Origin: a virus
Virus record (IMG/VR): IMGVR_UViG_3300043411_001575
Location: 105,659 to 169,658 of that record
DNA length: 64,000 nt
Reading direction: 5' to 3' (one strand)
Part shown: piece by piece, positions 9,117 through 16,823 of the stretch
How positions within the stretch are numbered: the stretch's first letter is position 1
How the letters are laid out: each line of letters begins with the position of its first letter
The notes under the pieces: model-generated
The model's input: only the letters and a program-made list of their open reading frames with translations
The model's database searches: none
Told to the model about the DNA's origin: nothing
Position numbers and translations under genes: made by a program

Positions 9117-9236
9117 TAACGGTATCGGGCTTGGCGAAGTGGCTGAACCGAATGTTTGATAGAAGCACAAAACTTAATAATTAAAAACGAATGATTGATA
9201 GAATTACTGAACAGCCATTTTGCCAAACCCGTGTTA
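9117..9236 (+). repeat. attC-like hairpin H12
   Basis: Same arm family as H4/H5. Confidence 0.85.
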
Positions 9237-9985
9237 TGTGCAGGGCGGTTGATAACCTTGAACTCCTTTTGTCGCAACCTGATGAAAGTGTAGATTTGAT
9301 TTACTGTGATATTCTTTATGGAACGGGTAGGAATTTCGGTGATTACCAAGACTTAAAACCAATTAGAAGCGAAATAGAAAGCCACTACCTACCAAGACTT
9401 ATTGAAATGAAACGAGTTTTAAAAAGTACAGGTAGTATTTATTTGCAAATGGATACACGAATAAACCATTGGATGCGCATTTTGATGGATGATGTTTTTG
9501 GGTATGAAAATTTCCGCAATGAAATAGTATTTGGATATAATGGGGGTGGTGTTTCAAAGAATTGTTATCCTAAAAAACACGACATAATCTTGTTTTATTC
9601 TGTTAGTGATAAATACTATTTTAATAACGAAAAGAAACCATACTCCGCTTTAAGTTCACAAAACTTATTGTGGAAACATAGGAATAAAAAAAGACTTGAT
9701 GAACTTAATGATGGCACACCTGTAACCGATGTATGGACTGATTTGAAGTTTAAAATAAATTACCAAGAGGAAGAATATACAGGATATGCTACCCAAAAAA
9801 CAAAAGAATTATTGAGCCGTATTGTTTTAGCTTCCACAAATGAAGGCGATACAGTTGCAGATTATTATTTAGGTAGTGGCACAACGGCAGTAGTTTGTAA
9901 GGAACTGAACCGAAATTTTATAGGTTGCGATATTAATCCAAAAGCTATTGAAATAACAAATGCTCGTTTAGATGCACTTTCGTAG
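9191..9985 (+). CDS. N6/N4 DNA methyltransferase (Mod-like), cassette 13
   Basis: YCDILY (variant motif IV), FRNEI, YATQK, DYYLGSGTT; ATG in H12 loop. Confidence 0.88.
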   Translation: MIDRITEQPFCQTRVMCRAVDNLELLLSQPDESVDLIYCDILYGTGRNFGDYQDLKPIRSEIESHYLPRLIEMKRVLKSTGSIYLQMDTRINHWMRILMDDVFGYENFRNEIVFGYNGGGVSKNCYPKKHDIILFYSVSDKYYFNNEKKPYSALSSQNLLWKHRNKKRLDELNDGTPVTDVWTDLKFKINYQEEEYTGYATQKTKELLSRIVLASTNEGDTVADYYLGSGTTAVVCKELNRNFIGCDINPKAIEITNARLDALS

Positions 9986-10044
9986 CTTTGCACATAACGT
10001 GTATTTAATGGAATGGAGTGTCAAAATCAATTAGTTACATAATA
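9985..10044 (+). other. Putative attI-equivalent primary recombination site
   Basis: Last TAACG (9995-9999) is not followed by a hairpin and lies directly 5' of the recombinase. Confidence 0.55.
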
Positions 10045-10914
10045 ATGGAAGATAAAATTAACAAATTAAGGAGGGAGTTATCCATAAGGAAATATGCTCC
10101 TAATACAGTTGAAACATATTGTTCATGTCTTAAAGTTATTTTTAGTAAATGTGGAATTAATCCAAGTATTGATTCTTTAAAGTCATATTTATTAACTATT
10201 GAAAATAGAAACTACCATAAACAAATAGTCGCTACATTCAGAAACTACTCTGAATTTGTATTAGGTATTAAATTATCTTTAAACGATGTTCCTTATCCTA
10301 GAAAACAAGAAAGTTTGCCTGAAATATATTCAGTTGAAGAGGTTTCTAAATTAATTAATATTCCTAAAAATTTAAAACATCAATCTATAATTTTTTTATT
10401 GTATGGATGTGGACTTAGAGTTAGTGAATTAATTAATTTAAAATTAACTGATATAGATAGTGATAGAATGGTTGTTAACATCCGAAAAGCAAAAGGAAAT
10501 AAGGACAGGCAAATAATGTTGGATGAATCTTTACTTAAATTACTTCGTGATTATTACACTGAATATAAACCAATAAATTATTTATTCAATGGTCAAAAAA
10601 AAGACCAATATAGTGACAGGTCTGTAAATGAACTTCTTAAATATTGGTCTAAAAAAGCAGGTATAAAAAAACATATTCATGCTCATTTATTAAGGCATTC
10701 ATTCGCTACCCATCTTTTAGATGCAGGAATAGACATGGCTATAATTCAAAAGTTATTAGGTCATTCAAACATAAAAACAACGCAAATTTATGCAAAAATT
10801 TCAACCAAATTAATATCTCAAATTAAATCTCCATTATCAAACATTAAAATCAATTCAAATGAAAAATCTAGTAATATTATTCCTTTGTGGAATTCTGATA
10901 GGTTTCCAAACTAA
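10045..10914 (+). CDS. Tyrosine recombinase (XerD/integron-integrase-like, without the IntI I2 insertion)
   Basis: YGCGLRVSE (R), KGNKDR (K), HLLRHSFATH (HxxR), LGHSNIKTTQIY (H, Y); N-terminal SAM-like domain; ORF track starts at GTG 10018. Confidence 0.93.
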   Translation: MEDKINKLRRELSIRKYAPNTVETYCSCLKVIFSKCGINPSIDSLKSYLLTIENRNYHKQIVATFRNYSEFVLGIKLSLNDVPYPRKQESLPEIYSVEEVSKLINIPKNLKHQSIIFLLYGCGLRVSELINLKLTDIDSDRMVVNIRKAKGNKDRQIMLDESLLKLLRDYYTEYKPINYLFNGQKKDQYSDRSVNELLKYWSKKAGIKKHIHAHLLRHSFATHLLDAGIDMAIIQKLLGHSNIKTTQIYAKISTKLISQIKSPLSNIKINSNEKSSNIIPLWNSDRFPN

Positions 10915-10975
10915 GACCAAAAAGCAATTTAACTTTAAATCTCATTCAAAATTAACTAAAGCTGATTCCTAAAAC

Positions 10976-11737
10976 GTGCTAAAATTAGAAGATAAAGATT
11001 TCAATGACTATGTTACCCATCTTAGTGAATCAGGGTCAAGATTTATTGTAGACGAAAAAAGGAACACTAAAAGTATAATTATTAGTGGAAAATATTTTGC
11101 ATTTACAAAAAACAAAAACCATTTAGCTAAAGGTGAAGAAAAAAAAGAAATGTTATCTCTATTTAGTCAGGTAGGAAAATCTGTTTCAAACTACATAAAA
11201 CTAAATGAGTTTGATGTAGAAAAAATAAAGCAGATTCATCCGCAAACTCAAGTTGACAGAAAAAAATATGAGAAGATGAAAGTAGGAGCTGAGTTCTTCT
11301 ATGTTGATATTTCCCATTGTTTTTGGAGAATTGGTTTTTTAAAAGGATACATTAATCCAAAGCTATACAACAAAGTATTAAAGAACCCAAGTTTAAAGCA
11401 ATTCAGGAACATGTCCCTTGCCATAATTAAAGCAGCTCGCTCTAGGTACTATTTTGATAATGGCAAACTAATAAATAAAGTTACTGAAGAAAGAACCCTG
11501 TGGGAGAATGTATATGATAACATCAGGTTCACCTGCTATAACTTTTTAGGAGAAACAAAGAGTGTTGCAGGAAATAAATTCGTCGCTTACAAAACAGATG
11601 GTATAATGGTCACTAGACCCGCTTTAAAGAAGATTAAAGATGCTTTCACTGCGGCAGGATTCGAATACAAGGTTATCACCTGCTTTAAAGTTGATGATAA
11701 AAACTACTCTTATGGAGGTCTAATTAAGAAGATTTAG
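10976..11737 (+). CDS. Small family-B DNA polymerase palm-like protein
   Basis: YVDISHCF (motif A-like), KQFRNMSL (motif B-like) and YKTDGI (motif C-like) in the correct order; no exonuclease domain. Confidence 0.5.
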   Translation: MLKLEDKDFNDYVTHLSESGSRFIVDEKRNTKSIIISGKYFAFTKNKNHLAKGEEKKEMLSLFSQVGKSVSNYIKLNEFDVEKIKQIHPQTQVDRKKYEKMKVGAEFFYVDISHCFWRIGFLKGYINPKLYNKVLKNPSLKQFRNMSLAIIKAARSRYYFDNGKLINKVTEERTLWENVYDNIRFTCYNFLGETKSVAGNKFVAYKTDGIMVTRPALKKIKDAFTAAGFEYKVITCFKVDDKNYSYGGLIKKI

Positions 11738-11770
11738 AATCAATATCATTGTGCAAAAACTCCAAACAAG

Positions 11771-11908
11771 GGTATTTTTACCCCTGAAAACAAATTATTT
11801 TTACAAGTTATTAACAAATTATGTTAAAATGGTATTTTTACCATATTTATCAATAGTTTCATCACCAAATGAAATACTAAAAACACATTAAAAACAGGTA
11901 ACTTTACC
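11771..11908. promoter_or_regulatory. Three palindromic GGTA-N4-TACC boxes (operator- or origin-like)
   Basis: GGTATTTTTACC at 11771 and 11831, GGTAACTTTACC at 11897, in a gap of about 270 bp. Confidence 0.5.
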
Positions 11909-11938
11909 CCTAATTGTTAATATCTTTTAACTCACAAT

Positions 11939-11969
11939 TTTGGCACTTATCACAAAATACCTACATTTG
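11939..11969 (+). promoter_or_regulatory. Bacteroidota sigma70-type promoter heading the early gene run
   Basis: TTTG 11939-11942, 19 nt spacer, TACATTTG 11962-11969. Confidence 0.75.
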
Positions 11970-12126
11970 TATTGTAATTAACGGTCAAAATAAAACATAA
12001 GCCACCATGAAAATAACTATTCAACTCTCAGATATGGTAACTACCATAGAAAAGATACTAAACTTTGAAGATGTTATGGCAATGGCTCTAATGTACAATC
12101 CTAATTAAACAAATAAAAACAATAAT

Positions 12127-12522
12127 ATGGAAATCAAATTAACACCCCAAGAGAGCGAAAGCTATTTTTATAACGCTTTATGCAACGGAATTGATTATGT
12201 ATCGGGATATGGACTAGAGTTCAATTATAAATCAGAAGACTACCAAAAAGCTAAAAAAGTTTGGGCTAAGGCTAATCCTGATAGTTCACCATGTAGAGAA
12301 GATATATGGCTGCAAATATTAAGAAATGGTGGCGAATTAACGCTTATTGACCATGAGTGTGAAGGTGAGTACACTAAGTCAATAAACATTAAACATGTAC
12401 ACGAAAGAGTTCAATTAACGGAGGTTCAACATTTATTAGATATGCGAAATGAAAATGATGATGCTACTACGGCTGATTGCATACTTCAAACTTGCTTTTA
12501 CGAAGAGATAATTTTCGGATAA
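12127..12522 (+). CDS. Hypothetical phage protein
   Basis: 131 aa; C-terminal DATTADCILQTCFYEEIIFG resembles a recurrent small phage protein family. Confidence 0.8.
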   Translation: MEIKLTPQESESYFYNALCNGIDYVSGYGLEFNYKSEDYQKAKKVWAKANPDSSPCREDIWLQILRNGGELTLIDHECEGEYTKSINIKHVHERVQLTEVQHLLDMRNENDDATTADCILQTCFYEEIIFG

Positions 12523-12541
12523 AATAATCAAATACAAAAAC

Positions 12542-12826
12542 ATGGAAACCATAATAAATAAATTCGGGGAACAACAGACGAGTTGGACAAGTCACAAGCA
12601 CCCAAATAATCCTGATTTCATGCAGGTTGTTAAGTACACTCATATTGTTAAATCAGATGGCAAAACTTCTTTACATTGGAGCTTATTTAACGCTTCATCT
12701 AATGATAATCATGTTATACCAAATATAACATTAGAAGAAGCAAAAAGTAGATTTACAGATGTAAATGAAAAAGAAATTACTGAGGAGAATTTTCAAAAAT
12801 GGTTAAATGAAAAAAAACACCAATAA
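12542..12826 (+). CDS. Hypothetical protein
   Basis: 94 aa ORF in a tight operon. Confidence 0.75.
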   Translation: METIINKFGEQQTSWTSHKHPNNPDFMQVVKYTHIVKSDGKTSLHWSLFNASSNDNHVIPNITLEEAKSRFTDVNEKEITEENFQKWLNEKKHQ

Positions 12827-12837
12827 AACAAGAAATC

Positions 12838-13149
12838 ATGGATACAGAAAACGAAATACAAGAAGACATAAAGCATATTTTAATCTTCGATAGCAAAGGT
12901 GATTATTATTGTGAAACGAATGGAGTAACAAATGCAGGTAAAATAACAGGTGCTAATCCATCAAATATTTTTAGAGTAGCTAATAATGGAGACATAATCA
13001 GCACAAGTGATTATTACTTCATTAGCAGGTCAACTACTAGACAAACAATTGCAGACTTAGAACTCGCTATAAAACTAATCATTATCTGTAAAGATACAAG
13101 GGGGCTTTCAAATAGAATTAGAGAAATTTTAAAAACAATTAAAAAGTAA
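12838..13149 (+). CDS. Hypothetical protein
   Basis: 103 aa ORF in a tight operon. Confidence 0.7.
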   Translation: MDTENEIQEDIKHILIFDSKGDYYCETNGVTNAGKITGANPSNIFRVANNGDIISTSDYYFISRSTTRQTIADLELAIKLIIICKDTRGLSNRIREILKTIKK

Positions 13150-13156
13150 AACAGCC

Positions 13157-13642
13157 ATGAAAAAAGAATTAAGCTTAGGTAAAGTAGCCTACGACGGAAA
13201 AACAAAGTCAAACGAGGTAAGTCTTGAATTGAGAATAGAAACTAAAAAAGAGTGCATCGATTGGGATACATTGAAGCCAATTAAGAATGTAACCGAATTA
13301 GCAATCAGTGGGAATATTTGGAACAGCAAAAAAACTGATGTTTATTGTGGCGGTCAGTGCTTAGATACTATCTCTGAATTCATTAAAACAAAAGAGTTTA
13401 ATCGTATTAAAGCTATTTGGGAAGAATACCACCTAAACGATATGAATGCAGGAACTAAAGCTCAAACTGAGGCTATCAGAAAATGGGAAGCTAAGGGTAA
13501 CAAATATGATTACACTAATGCTTGTAACCACCTTAAAAAAATTGGACTTCTTCACGATAGAGGATACCAATATGGAACAGGATGGTTGTGTCAACAAATA
13601 CCATCTGAAGTAATTAAGGAAATAGAAACTCTTTTTAGTTAA
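13157..13642 (+). CDS. Hypothetical phage protein
   Basis: 161 aa; GGQC, WEEYHLNDMNAGT, YQYGTGWL conserved-looking motifs. Confidence 0.8.
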   Translation: MKKELSLGKVAYDGKTKSNEVSLELRIETKKECIDWDTLKPIKNVTELAISGNIWNSKKTDVYCGGQCLDTISEFIKTKEFNRIKAIWEEYHLNDMNAGTKAQTEAIRKWEAKGNKYDYTNACNHLKKIGLLHDRGYQYGTGWLCQQIPSEVIKEIETLFS

Positions 13643-13667
13643 TTTTAATCATAAAAAAAATAAAGTT

Positions 13668-14120
13668 ATGAAAGAATTAATAACTAACTCGCTAAATGAT
13701 GCTTTTATTCTTTTAGAAAAGCAAGTACCGCAAACAAAAAGGAAAACTGAGAGCATAAGCATTCAAGGTGTAAAGCCATTAGAACTTTCATCATTCATGA
13801 AAGATAATAGTGTACCAAATGATGCTTATTTTAGTGGAAGAGATAACGGATATGATGCTTGGGACGATATTATTTTAGCTTGGGAAGTAGACGTACCTAC
13901 AACAGATAAAGATAAATTATTATTCAAAAGAAAAAGATTCTCAGATATTGCTTTCAGACTCGTATATGATTTGTTAACAAAATGTGGGTACAAAAGAGTT
14001 GGATATAACACAGGTTTATTAAAAGAATTTAAAGATACAACAGTGTACGACATGTATGTTAATAAAGAATTTGATAGACTAGTTAAATACTACTCATTAC
14101 CATTTATTAAAGAATCATAA
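13668..14120 (+). CDS. Hypothetical protein
   Basis: 150 aa ORF. Confidence 0.78.
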   Translation: MKELITNSLNDAFILLEKQVPQTKRKTESISIQGVKPLELSSFMKDNSVPNDAYFSGRDNGYDAWDDIILAWEVDVPTTDKDKLLFKRKRFSDIAFRLVYDLLTKCGYKRVGYNTGLLKEFKDTTVYDMYVNKEFDRLVKYYSLPFIKES

Positions 14121-14169
14121 GTAAACCTATACGTATAATTAAAAGTTAAACAACTAAAAAACAATAACT

Positions 14170-14496
14170 ATGCAACATTTATTTGTAACATACGAAATAG
14201 CTAAGAAGCTAAAAGAATTAGGATTTGATAGACTTTGTTTCACATATTTTTTTGCAGGTACTAATGATTTATATAATGGTACTGTAAGAATGTACAACTT
14301 TAATAAAGGATTAGAAACTTCTGCTCCACTATGGCAACAAGCTATTGATTGGTTTTACGATAACCACGAGATTTTAATAGTTCAGATTCCATCTTACAGT
14401 ATGAAAGTTTGGGAAGTAAGTAAAAAAGGGAATAAAGATGTAATTTCAGGGCTATCAATTAACAAGGCAATCGAGGAAGCAATTAAATTAATTTAA
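14170..14496 (+). CDS. Hypothetical phage protein, homologous to the N-terminal module of 58522-59526
   Basis: FVTYEIAKKLKELGF...APLWQQAIDWF. Confidence 0.8.
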   Translation: MQHLFVTYEIAKKLKELGFDRLCFTYFFAGTNDLYNGTVRMYNFNKGLETSAPLWQQAIDWFYDNHEILIVQIPSYSMKVWEVSKKGNKDVISGLSINKAIEEAIKLI

Positions 14497-14508
14497 AAAA
14501 AACAAATC

Positions 14509-14736
14509 GTGGAAAATTCAAACATAAATTCAGGTTCAGAAGTATTTCGCCCAAAGACAAGAGGTGAGCTATATGATAAAATTAAAGAAGGTGTTAAATG
14601 TGAAGTAGTAGCTTCAAACAAAGCGTTTACATCACTTGCACTACAATCACTAGCAATCATTAAAAAAGAAGGGCTTAAATTCAAAACTAGTCCTTCAAAA
14701 AACATAGGGTGGGTAATTTTCGAAAAGTCAGTTTAA
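14509..14736 (+). CDS. Hypothetical protein
   Basis: 75 aa ORF, GTG start after an A-rich leader. Confidence 0.65.
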   Translation: MENSNINSGSEVFRPKTRGELYDKIKEGVKCEVVASNKAFTSLALQSLAIIKKEGLKFKTSPSKNIGWVIFEKSV

Positions 14737-14757
14737 CTAATTTTAAAAAAAACGATT

Positions 14758-14973
14758 ATGGACGACATAAAAATCGGGGACTTTGTAAAAGGTTCTTATA
14801 AGTTCGGGTGTATCTGTGGAGTTGTTGTTGATGTTAAAAAATCAATTGTAATAATTAAAAAATGTAATCAACATTACAATGAATATACTCTCACAGAAAA
14901 ATTAGTAAATGTAACAAAAAGCAGAATTAGAGAAGTAGGTTTAAATGAAAACGAAACATTAAAATTAAGTTAA
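14758..14973 (+). CDS. Hypothetical SH3/KOW-like small protein
   Basis: IKIGDFV...GVVVDV pattern. Confidence 0.65.
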   Translation: MDDIKIGDFVKGSYKFGCICGVVVDVKKSIVIIKKCNQHYNEYTLTEKLVNVTKSRIREVGLNENETLKLS

Positions 14974-14974
14974 A

Positions 14975-15406
14975 ATGAAAACTAAAGAAGTTGAAACTAA
15001 AAACAGATTAATTCTAAGAATAAACCTGTACGTTGATTATACAAACGATACTCAACCATTAACTGAAAACCATAAGTTGTTTGAAGTAATAAAAGAAACA
15101 GAACACCGATTATACTTCAAGGGTGGCGGCTATACAAACAAAGAAAATATTGGTGATGTAAAAGGAACAATGAGTGTTATTGAAACAGCAGATAACAACT
15201 ACAAAACAATATTCAATTCTTCAATCTATTGTAATCCTGAAGACGAACAAGAGTACCAAGCATTACTAAGAGCTGACTTCATTAATCAAGTTACAAAGAT
15301 GAAAAACCAAGTATCTAAGTTCCACAGCCTTTACGCTCATGATGATATTCTCCCATCAGATTCAGATTATGTTGTCGTAACTAAAAAATCGGAAGTAGTA
15401 ATTTAA
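14975..15406 (+). CDS. Hypothetical protein
   Basis: 143 aa ORF. Confidence 0.75.
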   Translation: MKTKEVETKNRLILRINLYVDYTNDTQPLTENHKLFEVIKETEHRLYFKGGGYTNKENIGDVKGTMSVIETADNNYKTIFNSSIYCNPEDEQEYQALLRADFINQVTKMKNQVSKFHSLYAHDDILPSDSDYVVVTKKSEVVI

Positions 15407-15520
15407 AAAAAACAAAAGCCATGATTTACCTTACAATTTTTAATACAATAGCAATCATCGTAATTTTCTTTTTACTAGGTATACACAAAAAGTTTAGCAT
15501 CGAGGTAAAAACAACTTTTT

Positions 15521-15793
15521 TTGATAAAACAAAAGTTGGCATTCAATTTTAACAATAGAGGGTTCATGTATATTCCTTTAAGAAATAGAAGAAAGATTGA
15601 ACTACACGAAGAAGTTTGTAGATTAATAGCAGGAAGTGAGCAGAATAGAATATATACTCTAAACGCTAAATTTTCTTGGGTAAAAACAGATAGGGAATTA
15701 TATGAATTCGAGAAAGAATATTCTACTGTAGATAGAAAGATTGTTGAAACGCTAGTATCTAATTTCAAAAACAAAAATCATGGAACTCAATAA
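15521..15793 (+). CDS. Hypothetical protein (start uncertain)
   Basis: ORF overlapping the start of the next gene. Confidence 0.55.
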   Translation: MIKQKLAFNFNNRGFMYIPLRNRRKIELHEEVCRLIAGSEQNRIYTLNAKFSWVKTDRELYEFEKEYSTVDRKIVETLVSNFKNKNHGTQ

Positions 15794-16040
15794 AATTTTA
15801 GAAAACCTTTGTTACTATGACAAGCGCAATCCTAACTGCACAATGGATGATAAGGAATTAAAAGAGCATCGTGAAAGCAGAAAACGTAATAATTTAATCG
15901 CTTTGAAAAATCTACGAGCAAAAGGTGTGAAAATAACTGAATACGAATCAGGTTGCTCATGTGACAACTGCTTCTACGGGAGAACAGAATTAGCAGAGGA
16001 AATTTTAAAACTTAAAAATATTCAAAATGAAACAGTATAA
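15780..16040 (+). CDS. Cys-rich hypothetical phage protein
   Basis: LCYYDKRNP...CSCDNCFYGRTELA. Confidence 0.75.
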   Translation: MELNKILENLCYYDKRNPNCTMDDKELKEHRESRKRNNLIALKNLRAKGVKITEYESGCSCDNCFYGRTELAEEILKLKNIQNETV

Positions 16041-16227
16041 ATACAAGGTAATATACCTTAACGGAAACGAAGAAACATTCACCTGTAATGGTTTCAATTC
16101 TGCAATTATTTTAGGCATGGCTCATGCTATCCATAAAGCTTGGGATATGAGAATAAAATACATCACCGATGAAAAAGGTGTACAAATTAAGGATATTGAA
16201 TCACCTACTTACAATTATTCACATTAA
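16027..16227 (+). CDS. Hypothetical protein
   Basis: 66 aa ORF overlapping the previous gene. Confidence 0.65.
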   Translation: MKQYKYKVIYLNGNEETFTCNGFNSAIILGMAHAIHKAWDMRIKYITDEKGVQIKDIESPTYNYSH

Positions 16228-16239
16228 AAGCCAAGCTCA

Positions 16240-16635
16240 ATGAAAAATAAACCTATAAAAATATCAATCCCATTTGGCTTATCTGCAAAAGATGAAGTTA
16301 ATGCAATATCAGAAATGCTTATTCAAAAAAAATTAAGCGGAAAAGGGGTAAATGAAAATAAAAAGCAGATTGGCGATAGAGTTGATGTTCATTACTTAGA
16401 ACAAACAATTATTGTAAAACGTGTTCCAAAAGAAAAAATTATCGAACACGTTAAATGTTCTGCGTGTAATTGTGATTATCAGAGTGACTTATTTTTTCCT
16501 GTATTTGTTAACTATGGTGGCAAAAACAAAAAATTAAAATTTTGTTCTGTTATCTGCCAAGAAAATGTAATTGATTTATGTGGAGAAGGCAGAGCGTCAA
16601 AGAAAAATAATTTAAAACCACTTTTTAAACACTAA
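16240..16635 (+). CDS. Hypothetical protein with TRASH/MYM-like zinc finger
   Basis: CSAC...FCSVIC. Confidence 0.65.
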   Translation: MKNKPIKISIPFGLSAKDEVNAISEMLIQKKLSGKGVNENKKQIGDRVDVHYLEQTIIVKRVPKEKIIEHVKCSACNCDYQSDLFFPVFVNYGGKNKKLKFCSVICQENVIDLCGEGRASKKNNLKPLFKH

Positions 16636-16642
16636 AAACAAA

Positions 16643-16813
16643 ATGAAAACAACAGCAACAGGTTATCGAATTTCTAAAAATGGTAGCATTATACCATCAA
16701 TAGAAAAAGAAGCAATTAAGAAAACTTCATACGAAGGTAATTGCATTAAAGAAGAAGGTATTTATTACTTCTTTGACAGAAAACAAGGAAATATTTTCAT
16801 TTATTTACCCTAA
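16643..16813 (+). CDS. Small hypothetical protein (56 aa)
   Basis: Read by hand: MKTTATGYRISK...; fills the gap, A-rich leader. Confidence 0.55.
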   Translation: MKTTATGYRISKNGSIIPSIEKEAIKKTSYEGNCIKEEGIYYFFDRKQGNIFIYLP

Positions 16814-16823
16814 CAAAAAAATC

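Larger units (their letters stand above)
1..10914 (+). mobile_element. Integron-like gene cassette array (>=13 cassettes, runs off the left edge) plus tyrosine recombinase
   Basis: Co-oriented genes separated by 12 complete stem-loops with invariant TAACG...TGTTA cores; each cassette has its own terminal inverted repeat; recombinase at the right end. Confidence 0.85.

Noticed and set aside
764-9236. Intergenic hairpins as Rho-independent terminators or REP elements
   Set aside because: No U-tracts, long loops containing start codons, an invariant TAACG/TGTTA core and cassette-specific end complementarity are not explained by terminators or REPs.
17-9985. Restriction-modification systems
   Set aside because: No ORF with recognisable endonuclease or helicase motifs accompanies the MTases.
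1-10000. CRISPR array
   Set aside because: The repeats differ in sequence and are separated by whole genes, not 30-40 bp spacers; no cas operon.
10045-10914. Canonical integron integrase IntI or chromosomal xerC/xerD
   Set aside because: It lacks the IntI-specific insertion and the context is not a housekeeping locus, so no gene symbol was assigned.
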